Numbered from the stretch's first letter, positions 50,853-64,000 are shown. The stretch is DNA of 64,000 nt from Paraphysomonas bandaiensis (GCA_965644295.1 CBFFRP010000035.1:62001-126000), one strand, 5' to 3'. Notes: a model not told the origin generated them from the letters alone. A program made the numbers and translations.

Positions 50853-50938
50853 GGGCTGTGATGGTAACCAATGATAGGACAGAATGCATTCGTGATAATC
50901 ACCGTTTGCAGTAATGTCGACACTTTATCCCTGAGCCT
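50853..50938 (+). ncRNA. Box C/D snoRNA A (first of ~28 copies); D' guide complementary to 28S rRNA UCCUAUCAUUG
   Basis: Stem GGGC/GCCT; C box GTGATGG 50858-50864; guide CAATGATAGGA 50869-50879; D' CAGA 50880-50883; C' GTGATAA 50892-50898; D CTGA 50931-50934. Confidence 0.8.
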
Positions 50939-51001
50939 GTATACCTGACGTCAATATATTGGTGTTGTGTTGTGTTGGTTATGTATTTCGCTTATTGTTG
51001 T

Positions 51002-51088
51002 CTGAGGGCAATGATTCTCAAATGATATAATGAGCCTGAATACACCGTGAGACGTGTGTATGTGGACATATTTCTGCTGAGCCCTCAG
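51002..51088 (+). ncRNA. Box C/D snoRNA B (first of 26 copies); guide for the 18S Am100 (yeast)/Am99 (human) site, functionally like snR51/SNORD57
   Basis: 8-bp terminal stem CTGAGGGC/GCCCTCAG; C box ATGATT 51011; 13-nt guide TGATATAATGAGC 51023-51035, complementary to 18S GCUCAUUAUAUCA; D' CTGA 51036; C' GTGAGA 51047; D CTGA 51077. Confidence 0.88.
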
Positions 51089-54000
51089 TCGCTGTATTGT
51101 ATTGTATTTTATTGTATGTATTGATGTGAATGAATTGGGAGTACGATATTGTTGTAATGTATGTGTATTGTTGCAGATCTGCGGGTGGCATTTCACAATG
51201 GCTGTGTATATACGCTTCCATGCGTTTTGGCAGGTGTGGCCGGTGTGTGCAGACACTACGAGTACATCTATAATAGGGCAGGGTATGTATAACGTATATA
51301 TGTGTGTATTGTGATGTGGGCTGTGATGGTAACCAATGATAGGACAGAATGCATTCGTGATAATCACCGTTTGCAGTAATGTCGACACTTTATCCCTGAG
51401 CCTGTATACCTGACGCCAATATATTGGTGTTGTGTTGTGTTGTGTTGGTTATGTATTTCGGTTATTGTTTGTATATATTAGAAGATGTAGTGTTGTCTGA
51501 GGGCAATGATTCTCAAATGATATAATGAGCCTGAATACACCGTGAGACGTGTGTATGTGGACATATTTCTGCTGAGCCCTCAGTCGCTGTATTGTATTTT
51601 ATTGTATGTATTGATGTGAATGAATTGGGAGTACGATATTGTTGTAATGTATGTGTATTGTTGCAGATCTGCGGGTGGCATTTCACAATGGCTGTGTATA
51701 TACGCTTCCATGCGTTTTGGCAGGTGTGGCCGGTGTGTGCAGACACTACGAGTACATCTATAATAGGGCAGGGTATGTATAACGTATATATGTGTGTATA
51801 TGTGATGTGGGCTGTGATGGTAACCAATGATAGGACAGAATGCATTCGTGATAATCACCGTTTGCAGTAATGTCGACACTTTATCCCTGAGCCTGTATAC
51901 CTGACGTCAATATATTGGTGTTGTGTTGTGTTGTGTTGGTTATGTATTTCGCTTATTGTTGTCTGAGGGCAATGATTCTCAAATGATATAATGAGCCTGA
52001 ATACACCGTGAGACGTGTGTATGTGGACATATTTCTGCTGAGCCCTCAGTCGCTGTATTGTATTGTATTTTATTGTATGTATTGATGTGAATGAATTGGG
52101 AGTACGATATTGTTGTAATGTATGTGTATTGTTGCAGATCTGCGGGTGGCATTTCACAATGGCTGTGTATATACGCTTCCATGCGTTTTGGCAGGTGTGG
52201 CCGGTGTGTGCAGACACTACGAGTACATCTATAATAGGGCAGGGTATGTATAACGTATATATGTGTGTATATGTGATGTGGGCTGTGATGGTAACCAATG
52301 ATAGGACAGAATGCATTCGTGATAATCACCGTTTGCAGTAATGTCGACACTTTATCCCTGAGCCTGTATACCTGACGTCAATATATTGGTGTTGTGTTGT
52401 GTTGGTTATGTATTTCGGTTATTGTTTGTATATATTAGAAGATGTAGTGTTGTCTGAGGGCAATGATTCTCAAATGATATAATGAGCCTGAATACACCGT
52501 GAGACGTGTGTATGTGGACATATTTCTGCTGAGCCCTCAGTCGCTGTATTGTATTGTATTTTATTGTATGTATTGATGTGAATGAATTGGGAGTACGATA
52601 TTGTTGTAATGTATGTGTATTGTTGCAGATCTGCGGGTGGCATTTCACAATGGCTGTGTATATACGCTTCCATGCGTTTTGGCAGGTGTGGCCGGTGTGT
52701 GCAGACACTACGAGTACATCTATAATAGGGCAGGGTATGTATAACGTATATATGTGTGTATATGTGATGTGGGCTGTGATGGTAACCAATGATAGGACAG
52801 AATGCATTCGTGATAATCACCGTTTGCAGTAATGTCGACACTTTATCCCTGAGCCTGTATACCTGACGTCAATATATTGGTGTTGTGTTGTGTTGTGTTG
52901 GTTATGTATTTCGGTTATTGTTTGTATATATTAGAAGATGTAGTGTTGTCTGAGGGCAATGATTCTCAAATGATATAATGAGCCTGAATACACCGTGAGA
53001 CGTGTGTATGTGGACATATTTCTGCTGAGCCCTCAGTCGCTGTATTGTATTGTATTTTATTGTATGTATTGATGTGAATGAATTGGGAGTACGATATTGT
53101 TGTAATGTATGTGTATTGTTGCAGATCTGCGGGTGGCATTTCACAATGGCTGTGTATATACGCTTCCATGCGTTTTGGCAGGTGTGGCCGGTGTGTGCAG
53201 ACACTACGAGTACATCTATAATAGGGCAGGGTATGTATAACGTATATATGTGTGTATATGTGATGTGGGCTGTGATGGTAACCAATGATAGGACAGAATG
53301 CATTCGTGATAATCACCGTTTGCAGTAATGTCGACACTTTATCCCTGAGCCTGTATACCTGACGTCAATATATTGGTGTTGTGTTGTGTTGGTTATGTAT
53401 TTCGGTTATTGTTTGTATATATTAGAAGATGTAGTGTTGTCTGAGGGCAATGATTCTCAAATGATATAATGAGCCTGAATACACCGTGAGACGTGTGTAT
53501 GTGGACATATTTCTGCTGAGCCCTCAGTCGCTGTATTGTATTGTATTTTATTGTATGTATTGATGTGAATGAATTGGGAGTACGATATTGTTGTAATGTA
53601 TGTGTATTGTTGCAGATCTGCGGGTGGCATTTCACAATGGCTGTGTATATACGCTTCCATGCGTTTTGGCAGGTGTGGCCGGTGTGTGCAGACACTACGA
53701 GTACATCTATAATAGGGCAGGGTATGTATAACGTATATATGTGTGTATATGTGATGTGGGCTGTGATGGTAACCAATGATAGGACAGAATGCATTCGTGA
53801 TAATCACCGTTTGCAGTAATGTCGACACTTTATCCCTGAGCCTGTATACCTGACGTCAATATATTGGTGTTGTGTTGTGTTGTGTTGGTTATGTATTTCG
53901 GTTATTGTTTGTATATATTAGAAGATGTAGTGTTGTCTGAGGGCAATGATTCTCAAATGATATAATGAGCCTGAATACACCGTGAGACGTGTGTATGTGG

Positions 54001-57000
54001 ACATATTTTTGCTGAGCCCTCAGTCGCTGTATTGTATTTTATTGTATGTATTGATGTGAATGAATTGGGAGTACGATATTGTTGTAATGTATGTGTATTG
54101 TTGCAGATCTGCGGGTGGCATTTCACAATGGCTGTGTATATACGCTTCCATGCGTTTTGGCAGGTGTGGCCGGTGTGTGCAGACACTACGAGTACATCTA
54201 TAATAGGGCAGGGTATGTATAACGTATATATGTGTGTATATGTGATGTGGGCTGTGATGGTAACCAATGATAGGACAGAATGCATTCGTGATAATCACCG
54301 TTTGCAGTAATGTCGACACTTTATCCCTGAGCCTGTATACCTGACGTCAATATATTGGTGTTGTGTTGTGTTGTGTTGGTTATGTATTTCGGTTATTGTT
54401 TGTATATATTAGAAGATGTAGTGTTGTCTGAGGGCAATGATTCTCAAATGATATAATGAGCCTGAATACACCGTGAGACGTGTGTATGTGGACATATTTC
54501 TGCTGAGCCCTCAGTCGCTGTATTGTATTGTATTTTATTGTATGTATTGATGTGAATGAATTGTGAGTACGATATTGTTGTAATGTATGTGTATTGTTGC
54601 AGATCTGCGGGTGGCATTTCACAATGGCTGTGTATATACGCTTCCATGCGTTTTGGCAGGTGTGGCCGGTGTGTGCAGACACTACGAGTACATCTATAAT
54701 AGGGCAGGGTATGTATAACGTATATATGTGTGTATATGTGATGTGGGCTGTGATGGTAACCAATGATAGGACAGAATGCATTCGTGATAATCACCGTTTG
54801 CAGTAATGTCGACACTTTATCCCTGAGCCTGTATACCTGACGCCAATATATTGGTGTTGTGTTGTGTTGTGTTGGTTATGTATTTCGGTTATTGTTTGTA
54901 TATATTAGAAGATGTAGTGTTGTCTGAGGGCAATGATTCTCAAATGATATAATGAGCCTGAATACACCGTGAGACGTGTGTATGTGGACATATTTTTGCT
55001 GAGCCCTCAGTCGCTGTATTGTATTGTATTTTATTGTATGTATTGATGTGAATGAATTGGGAGTACGATATTGTTGTAATGTATGTGTATTGTTGCAGAT
55101 CTGCGGGTGGCATTTCACAGTGGCTGTGTATATACGCTTCCATGCGTTTTGGCAGGTGTGGCCGGTGTGTGCAGACACTACGAGTACATCTATAATAGGG
55201 CAGGGTATGTATAACGTATATATGTGTGTATTGTGATGTGGGCTGTGATGGTAACCAATGATAGGACAGAATGCATTCGTGATAATCACCGTTTGCAGTA
55301 ATGTCGACACTTTATCCCTGAGCCTGTATACCTGACGTCAATATATTGGTGTTGTGTTGTGTTGTGTTGGTTATGTATTTCGGTTATTGTTTGTATATAT
55401 TAGAAGATGTAGTGTTGTCTGAGGGCAATGATTCTCAAATGATATAATGAGCCTGAATACACCGTGAGACGTGTGTATGTGGACATATTTCTGCTGAGCC
55501 CTCAGTCGCTGTATTGTATTTTATTGTATGTATTGATGTGAATGAATTGGGAGTACGATATTGTTGTAATGTATGTGTATTGTTGCAGATCTGCGGGTGG
55601 CATTTCACAATGGCTGTGTATATACGCTTCCATGCGTTTTGGCAGGTGTGGCCGGTGTGTGCAGACACTACGAGTACATCTATAATAGGGCAGGGTATGT
55701 ATAACGTATATATATGTGTGTATATGTGATGTGGGCTGTGATGGTAACCAATGATAGGACAGAATGCATTCGTGATAATCACCGTTTGCAGTAATGTCGA
55801 CACTTTATCCCTGAGCCTGTATACCTGACGTCAATATATTGGTGTTGTGTTGTGTTGTGTTGGTTATGTATTTCGCTTATTGTTGTCTGAGGGCAATGAT
55901 TCTCAAATGATATAATGAGCCTGAATACACCGTGAGACGTGTGTATGTGGACATATTTCTGCTGAGCCCTCAGTCGCTGTATTGTATTTTATTGTATGTA
56001 TTGATGTGAATGAATTGGGAGTACGATATTGTTGTAATGTATGTGTATTGTTGCAGATCTGCGGGTGGCATTTCACAATGGCTGTGTATATACGCTTCCA
56101 TGCGTTTTGGCAGGTGTGGCCGGTGTGTGCAGACACTACGAGTACATCTATAATAGGGCAGGGTATGTATAACGTATATATGTGTGTATATGTGATGTGG
56201 GCTGTGATGGTAACCAATGATAGGACAGAATGCATTCGTGATAATCACCGTTTGCAGTAATGTCGACACTTTATCCCTGAGCCTGTATACCTGACGTCAA
56301 TATATTGGTGTTGTGTTGTGTTGGTTATGTATTTCGCTTATTGTTGTCTGAGGGCAATGATTCTCAAATGATATAATGAGCCTGAATACACCGTGAGACG
56401 TGTGTATGTGGACATATTTCTGCTGAGCCCTCAGTCGCTGTATTGTATTTTATTGTATGTATTGATGTGAATGAATTGGGAGTACGATATTGTTGTAATG
56501 TATGTGTATTGTTGCAGATCTGCGGGTGGCATTTCACAATGGCTGTGTATATACGCTTCCATGCGTTTTGGCAGGTGTGGCCGGTGTGTGCAGACACTAC
56601 GAGTACATCTATAATAGGGCAGGGTATGTATAACGTATATATGTGTGTATATATGTGTGGGCTGTGATGGTAACCAATGATAGGACAGAATGCATTCGTG
56701 ATAATCACCGTTTGCAGTAATGTCGACACTTTATCCCTGAGCCTGTATACCTGACGTCAATATATTGCTGTGATGGTAACCAATGATAGGACAGAATGCA
56801 TTCGTGATAATCACCGTTTGCAGTAATGTCGACTCTTTATCCCTGAGCCTGTATACCTGACGTCAATATATTGGTGTTGTGTTGTGTTGTGTTGGTTATG
56901 TATTTCGGTTATTGTTTGTATATATTAGAAGATGTAGTGTTGTCTGAGGGCAATGATTCTCAAATGATATAATGAGCCTGAATACACCGTGAGTCGTGTG

Positions 57001-60000
57001 TATGTGGACATATTTCTGCTGAGCCCTCAGTCGCTGTATTGTATTGTATTTTATTGTATTTTATTGTATGTATTGATGTGAATGAATTGGGAGTACGATA
57101 TTGTTGTAATGTATGTGTATTGTTGCAGATCTGCGGGTGGCATTTCACAATGGCTGTGTATATACGCTTCCATGCGTTTTGGCAGGTGTGGCCGGTGTGT
57201 GCAGACACTACGAGTACATCTATAATAGGGCAGGGTATGTATAACGTATATATGTGTGTATATGTGATGTGGGCTGTGATGGTAACCAATGATAGGACAG
57301 AATGCATTCGTGATAATCACCGTTTGCAGTAATGTCGACACTTTATCCCTGAGCCTGTATACCTGACGTCAATATATTGCTGTGATGGTAACCAATGATA
57401 GGACAGAATGCATTCGTGATAATCACCGTTTGCAGTAATGTCGACTCTTTATCCCTGAGCCTGTATACCTGACGTCAATATATTGGTGTTGTGTTGTGTT
57501 GTGTTGGTTATGTATTTCGGTTATTGTTTGTATATATTAGAAGATGTAGTGTTGTCTGAGGGCAATGATTCTCAAATGATATAATGAGCCTGAATACACC
57601 GTGAGACGTGTGTATGTGGACATATTTTTGCTGAGCCCTCAGTCGCTGTATTGTATTGTATTTTATTGTATGTATTGATGTGAATGAATTGGGAGTACGA
57701 TATTGTTGTAATGTATGTGTATTGTTGCAGATCTGCGGGTGGCATTTCACAATGGCTGTGTATATACGCTTCCATGCGTTTTGGCAGGTGTGGCCGGTGT
57801 GTGCAGACACTACGAGTACATCTATAATAGGGCAGGGTATGTATAACGTATATATGTGTGTATTGTGATGTGGGCTGTGATGGTAACCAATGATAGGACA
57901 GAATGCATTCGTGATAATCACCGTTTGCAGTCATGTCGACACTTTATCCCTGAGCCTGTATACCTGACGTCAATATATTGGTGTTGTGTTGTGTTGTGTT
58001 GGTTATGTATTTCGGTTATTGTTTGTATATATTAGAAGATGTAGTGTTGTCTGAGGGCAATGATTCTCAAATGATATAATGAGCCTGAATACACCGTGAG
58101 ACGTGTGTATGTGGACATATTTTTGCTGAGCCCTCAGTCGCTGTATTGTATTGTATTTTATTGTATGTATTGATGTGAATGAATTGGGAGTACGATATTA
58201 TTGTAATGTATGTGTATTGTTGCAGATCTGCGGGTGGCATTTCACAATGGCTGTGTATATACGCTTCCATGCGTTTTGGCAGGTGTGGCCGGTGTGTGCA
58301 GACACTACGAGTACATCTATAATAGGGCAGGGTATGTATAACGTATATATGTGTGTATATGTGATGTGGGCTGTGATGGTAACCAATGATAGGACAGAAT
58401 GCATTCGTGATAATCACCGTTTGCAGTAATGTCGACACTTTATCCCTGAGCCTGTATACCTGACGTCAATATATTGGTGTTGTGTTGTGTTGTGTTGGTT
58501 ATGTATTTCGGTTATTGTTTGTATATATTAGAAGATGTAGTGTTGTCTGAGGGCAATGATTCTCAAATGATATAATGAGCCTGAATACACCGTGAGACGT
58601 GTGTATGTGGACATATTTCTGCTGAGCCCTCAGTCGCTGTATTGTATTTTATTGTATGTATTGATGTGAATGAATTGGGAGTACGATATTGTTGTAATGT
58701 ATGTGTATTGTTGCAGATCTGCGGGTGGCATTTCACAATGGCTGTGTATATACGCTTCCATGCGTTTTGGCAGGTGTGGCCGGTGTGTGCAGACACTACG
58801 AGTACATCTATAATAGGGCAGGGTATGTATAACGTATATATGTGTGTATATGTGATGTGGGCTGTGATGGTAACCAATGATAGGACAGAATGCATTCGTG
58901 ATAATCACCGTTTGCAGTAATGTCGACACTTTATCCCTGAGCCTGTATACCTGACGTCAATATATTGGTGTTGTGTTGTGTTGTGTTGGTTATGTATTTC
59001 GCTTATTGTTTGTATATATTAGAAGATGTAGTGTTGTCTGAGGGCAATTATTCTCAAATGATATAATGAGCCTGAATACACCGTGAGACGTGTGTATGTG
59101 GACATATTTCTGCTGAGCCCTCAGTCGCTGTATTGTATTTTATTGTATTTTATTGTATGTATTGATGTGAATGAATTGGGAGTACGATATTGTTGTAATG
59201 TATGTGTATTGTTGCAGATCTGCGGGTGGCATTTCACAATGGCTGTGTATATACGCTTCCATGCGTTTTGGCAGGTGTGGCCGGTGTGTGCAGACACTAC
59301 GAGTACATCTATAATAGGGCAGGGTATGTATAACGTATATATGTGTGTATATGTGATGTGGGCTGTGATGGTAACCAATGATAGGACAGAATGCATTCGT
59401 GATAATCACCGTTTGCAGTAATGTCGACACTTTATCCCTGAGCCTGTATACCTGACGTCAATATATTGGTGTTGTGTTGTGTTGTGTTGTGTTGGTTATG
59501 TATTTCGCTTATTGTTTGTATATATTAGAAGATGTAGTGTTGTCTGAGGGCAATGATTCTCAAATGATATAATGAGCCTGAATACACCGTGAGACGTGTG
59601 TATGTGGACATATTTCTGCTGAGCCCTCAGTCGCTGTATTGTATTTTATTGTATGTATTGATGTGAATGAATTGGGAGTACGATATTGTTGTAATGTATG
59701 TGTATTGTTGCAGATCTGCGGGTGGCATTTCACAATGGCTGTGTATATACGCTTCCATGCGTTTTGGCAGGTGTGGCCGGTGTGTGCAGACACTACGAGT
59801 ACATCTATAATAGGGCAGGGTATGTATAACGTATATATGTGTGTATATGTGATGTGGGCTGTGATGGTAACCAATGATAGGACAGAATGCATTCGTGATA
59901 ATCACCGTTTGCAGTAATGTCGACACTTTATCCCTGAGCCTGTATACCTGACGTCAATATATTGGTGTTGTGTTGTGTTGTGTTGGTTATGTATTTCGGT

Positions 60001-63000
60001 TATTGTTTGTATATATTAGAAGATGTAGTGTTGTCTGAGGGCAATGATTCTCAAATGATATAATGAGCCTGAATACACCGTGAGACGTGTGTATGTGGAC
60101 ATATTTCTGCTGAGCCCTCAGTCGCTGTATTGTATTTTATTGTATGTATTGATGTGAATGAATTGGGAGTACGATATTGTTGTAATGTATGTGTATTGTT
60201 GCAGATCTGCGGGTGGCATTTCACAATGGCTGTGTATATACGCTTCCATGCGTTTTGGCAGGTGTGGCCGGTGTGTGCAGACACTACGAGTACATCTATA
60301 ATAGGGCAGGGTATGTATAACGTATATATGTGTGTATATGTGATGTGGGCTGTGATGGTAACCAATGATAGGACAGAATGCATTCGTGATAATCACCGTT
60401 TGCAGTAATGTCGACACTTTATCCCTGAGCCTGTATACCTGACGTCAATATATTGGTGTTGTGTTGTGTTGTGTTGTGTTGGTTATGTATTTCGCTTATT
60501 GTTTGTATATATTAGAAGATGTAGTGTTGTCTGAGGGCAATGATTCTCAAATGATATAATGAGCCTGAATACACCGTGAGACGTGTGTATGTGGACATAT
60601 TTCTGCTGAGCCCTCAGTCGCTGTATTGTATTTTATTGTATGTATTGATGTGAATGAATTGGGAGTACGATATTGTTGTAATGTATGTGTATTGTTGCAG
60701 ATCTGCGGGTGGCATTTCACAATGGCTGTGTATATACGCTTCCATGCGTTTTGGCAGGTGTGGCCGGTGTGTGCAGACACTACGAGTACATCTATAATAG
60801 GGCAGGGTATGTATAACGTATATATGTGTGTATATGTGATGTGGGCTGTGATGGTAACCAATGATAGGACAGAATGCATTCGTGATAATCACCGTTTGCA
60901 GTAATGTCGACACTTTATCCCTGAGCCTGTATACCTGACGTCAATATATTGGTGTTGTGTTGTGTTGTGTTGTGTTGGTTATGTATTTCGCTTATTGTTT
61001 GTATATATTAGAAGATGTAGTGTTGTCTGAGGGCAATGATTCTCAAATGATATAATGAGCCTGAATACACCGTGAGACGTGTGTATGTGGACATATTTCT
61101 GCTGAGCCCTCAGTCGCTGTATTGTATTTTATTGTATGTATTGATGTGAATGAATTGGGAGTACGATATTGTTGTAATGTATGTGTATTGTTGCAGATCT
61201 GCGGGTGGCATTTCACAATGGCTGTGTATATACGCTTCCATGCGTTTTGGCAGGTGTGGCCGGTGTGTGCAGACACTACGAGTACATCTATAATAGGGCA
61301 GGGTATGTATAACGTATATATGTGTGTATATGTGATGTGGGCTGTGATGGTAACCAATGATAGGACAGAATGCATTCGTGATAATCACCGTTTGCAGTAA
61401 TGTCGACACTTTATCCCTGAGCCTGTATACCTGACGTCAATATATTGGTGTTGTGTTGTGTTGTGTTGTGTTGGTTATGTATTTCGCTTATTGTTTGTAT
61501 ATATTAGAAGATGTAGTGTTGTCTGAGGGCAATGATTCTCAAATGATATAATGAGCCTGAATACACCGTGAGACGTGTGTATGTGGACATATTTCTGCTG
61601 AGCCCTCAGTCGCTGTATTGTATTTTATTGTATGTATTGATGTGAATGAATTGGGAGTACGATATTGTTGTAATGTATGTGTATTGTTGCAGATCTGCGG
61701 GTGGCATTTCACAATGGCTGTGTATATACGCTTCCATGCGTTTTGGCAGGTGTGGCCGGTGTGTGCAGACACTACGAGTACATCTATAATAGGGCAGGGT
61801 ATGTATAACGTATATATGTGTGTATATGTGATGTGGGCTGTGATGGTAACCAATTATAGGACAGAATGCATTCGTGATAATCACCGTTTGCAGTAATGTC
61901 GACACTTTATCCCTGAGCCTGTATACCTGACGTCAATATATTGGTGTTGTGTTGTGTTGTGTTGGTTATGTATTTCGGTTATTGTTTGTATATATTAGAA
62001 GATGTAGTGTTGTCTGAGGGCAATGATTCTCAAATGATATAATGAGCCTGAATACACCGTGAGACGTGTGTATGTGGACATATTTCTGCTGAGCCCTCAG
62101 TCGCTGTATTGTATTTTATTGTATTTTATTGTATGTATTGATGTGAATAAATTGGGAGTACGATATTGTTGTAATGTATGTGTATTGTTGCAGATCTGCG
62201 GGTGGCATTTCACAATGGCTGTGTATATACGCTTCCATGCGTTTTGGCAGGTGTGGCCGGTGTGTGCAGACACTACGAGTACATCTATAATAGGGCAGGG
62301 TATGTATAACGTATATATGTGTGTATATGTGATGTGGGCTGTGATGGTAACCAATGATAGGACAGAATGCATTCGTGATAATCACCGTTTGCAGTAATGT
62401 CGACACTTTATCCCTGAGCCTGTATACCTGACGTCAATATATTGGTGTTGTGTTGTGTTGTGTTGGTTATGTATTTCGGTTATTGTTTGTATATATTAGA
62501 AGATGTAGTGTTGTCTGAGGGCAATGATTCTCAAATGATATAATGAGCCTGAATACACCGTGAGACGTGTGTATGTGGACATATTTCTGCTGAGCCCTCA
62601 GTCGCTGTATTGTATTGTATTTTACTGTATGTATTTAGGTGATGTTATTGGGAGTACGATATTGTTGTAATGTATGTGTATTGTTGCAGATCTGCGGGTG
62701 GCATTTCACAATGGCTGTGTATATACGCTTCCATGCGTTTTGGCAGGTGTGGCCGGTGTGTGCAGACACTACGAGTACATCTATAATAGGGCAGGGTATG
62801 TATAACGTATATATGTGTGTATATGTGATGTGGGCTGTGATGGTAACCAATGATAGGACAGAATGCATTCGTGATAATCACCGTTTGCAGTAATGTCGAC
62901 ATTTTATCCCTGAGCCTGTATACCTGACGTCAATATATTGGTGTTGTGTTGTGTTGGTTATGTATTTCGGTTATTGTTGTCTGGGGGCAATGATTCTCAA

Positions 63001-64000
63001 ATGATATAATGAGCCTGAATACACCGTGAGTCGTGTGTATGTGGACATATTTCTGCTGGGCCCTCAGTCGCTGTATTGTATTGTATTTTACTGTATGTAT
63101 TTAGGTGATGTTATTGGGAGTACGATATTGTTGTAATGTATGTGTATTGTTGCAGATCTGCGGGTGGCATTTCACAATGGCTGTGTATATACGCTTCCAT
63201 GCGTTTTGGCAGGTGTGGCCGGTGTGTGCAGACACTACGAGTACATCTATAATAGGGCAGGGTATGTATAACGTATATATGTGTGTATATGTGATGTGAG
63301 CTGTGATGGTAACCAATGATAGGACAGAATGCATTCGTGGTAATCACCGTTTGCAGTAATGTCGACACTTTATCCCTGAGCCTGTATACCTGACGTCAAT
63401 ATATTGGTGTTGTGTTGATTATGTATTTCGCTTATTGTTGTCTGAGGGCAATGATTCTCAAATGATATAATGAGCCTGAATACACCGTGAGACGTGTGTA
63501 TGTGGACATATTTCTGCTGAGCCGTCAGTCGCTGTATTGTATTGTATTGCATTTTATTGTATGTATTGATGTGAATGAATTGTGAGTACGATATTGTTGT
63601 AATGTATGTGTATTGTTGCAGATCTGCGGGTGGCTTCACAATGGCTGTGTATATATAGAAGTTTTATATCGTTAGGTTACGTCTTACGTTGTTTATGCAC
63701 AATACGTGGCTAGTAGTGAAGTATGTTTAGATTTAGGCACCACCGTTGGTCAATATCGGTTACCTGTACATTACACCTTGAGAACATTACTCTCAACCCA
63801 GAATTCCGCTTTACGTGGCGTATAGAGAGTAGTGGTCATACACCGAGATAACTTCTAGTGTACGGTACTGATAAAGAAATAGTTTACCTGAAGTTTCAAT
63901 CAACAAAGAATTTTAATATGATAGTGTCACCTATTTTATACCTTCAACATTTCTTATTATCTTCCGTATGTAGACGGCAAAGTATATTTTGCACATGTTT

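Larger units (their letters stand above)
50697..63656 (+). repeat. Tandem array of 26 near-identical ~460-500-bp units (plus two extra 106-bp sub-modules) encoding a snoRNA cluster
   Basis: Unit marker GTCGACACTTT recurs from ~50917 to ~63361. Length variation comes from (GTTGT)n, (TATTG)n and a 25-bp indel in the spacers. Confidence 0.97.

Noticed and set aside
50611-63639. Dozens of 60-150-aa ORFs repeated on both strands of the array
   Set aside because: They are frameshifted from unit to unit by 5-bp and 2-bp spacer indels and have low-complexity H/T/I/Y or C/V composition; they are by-products of the repeat.
50697-63656. CRISPR array, 5S/tRNA array, telomeric repeat or plain centromeric satellite
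   Set aside because: No unique spacers or cas genes; no 5S, tRNA or telomere motifs. Box C/D architecture with phased rRNA guides explains the unit better, although an additional structural role cannot be excluded.

Overview
Eukaryotic nuclear DNA with ~50-bp GT-AG introns. The gene families and an rRNA-guide sequence variant suggest an ochrophyte stramenopile, possibly chrysophyte-like (inference). Bases 1-48.4 kb hold about 12 host genes, several in head-to-head pairs: a PKD1/REJ-like surface protein, a RING/B-box/multi-KH protein, a DUF616 glycosyltransferase-like protein, a GT60 GlcNAc-transferase next to a 2OG-Fe(II) prolyl-hydroxylase-like gene, an SBBP propeller, an NADP oxidoreductase, a 4TM-SAH-OmpA-like fusion, a 7TM protein, a small coiled-coil protein, GPATCH11 and an FG-GAP protein. 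Mobile DNA comprises an intact, young Ty1/copia element with non-canonical TA...TT LTR ends (supported by TSDs at two independent insertions), solo LTRs, a hAT remnant and a ~430-bp Helitron-like repeat family. The main finding is at 50.7-63.7 kb. This looks like a 26-copy ~490-bp satellite, but each unit carries two box C/D snoRNA-like genes with rRNA antisense guides (18S GCUCAUUAUAUCA, the yeast Am100/human Am99 site; 28S UCCUAUCAUUG, helix 90 next to the PTC) and a weaker H/ACA-like candidate. It therefore reads as a tandemly amplified polycistronic snoRNA array.
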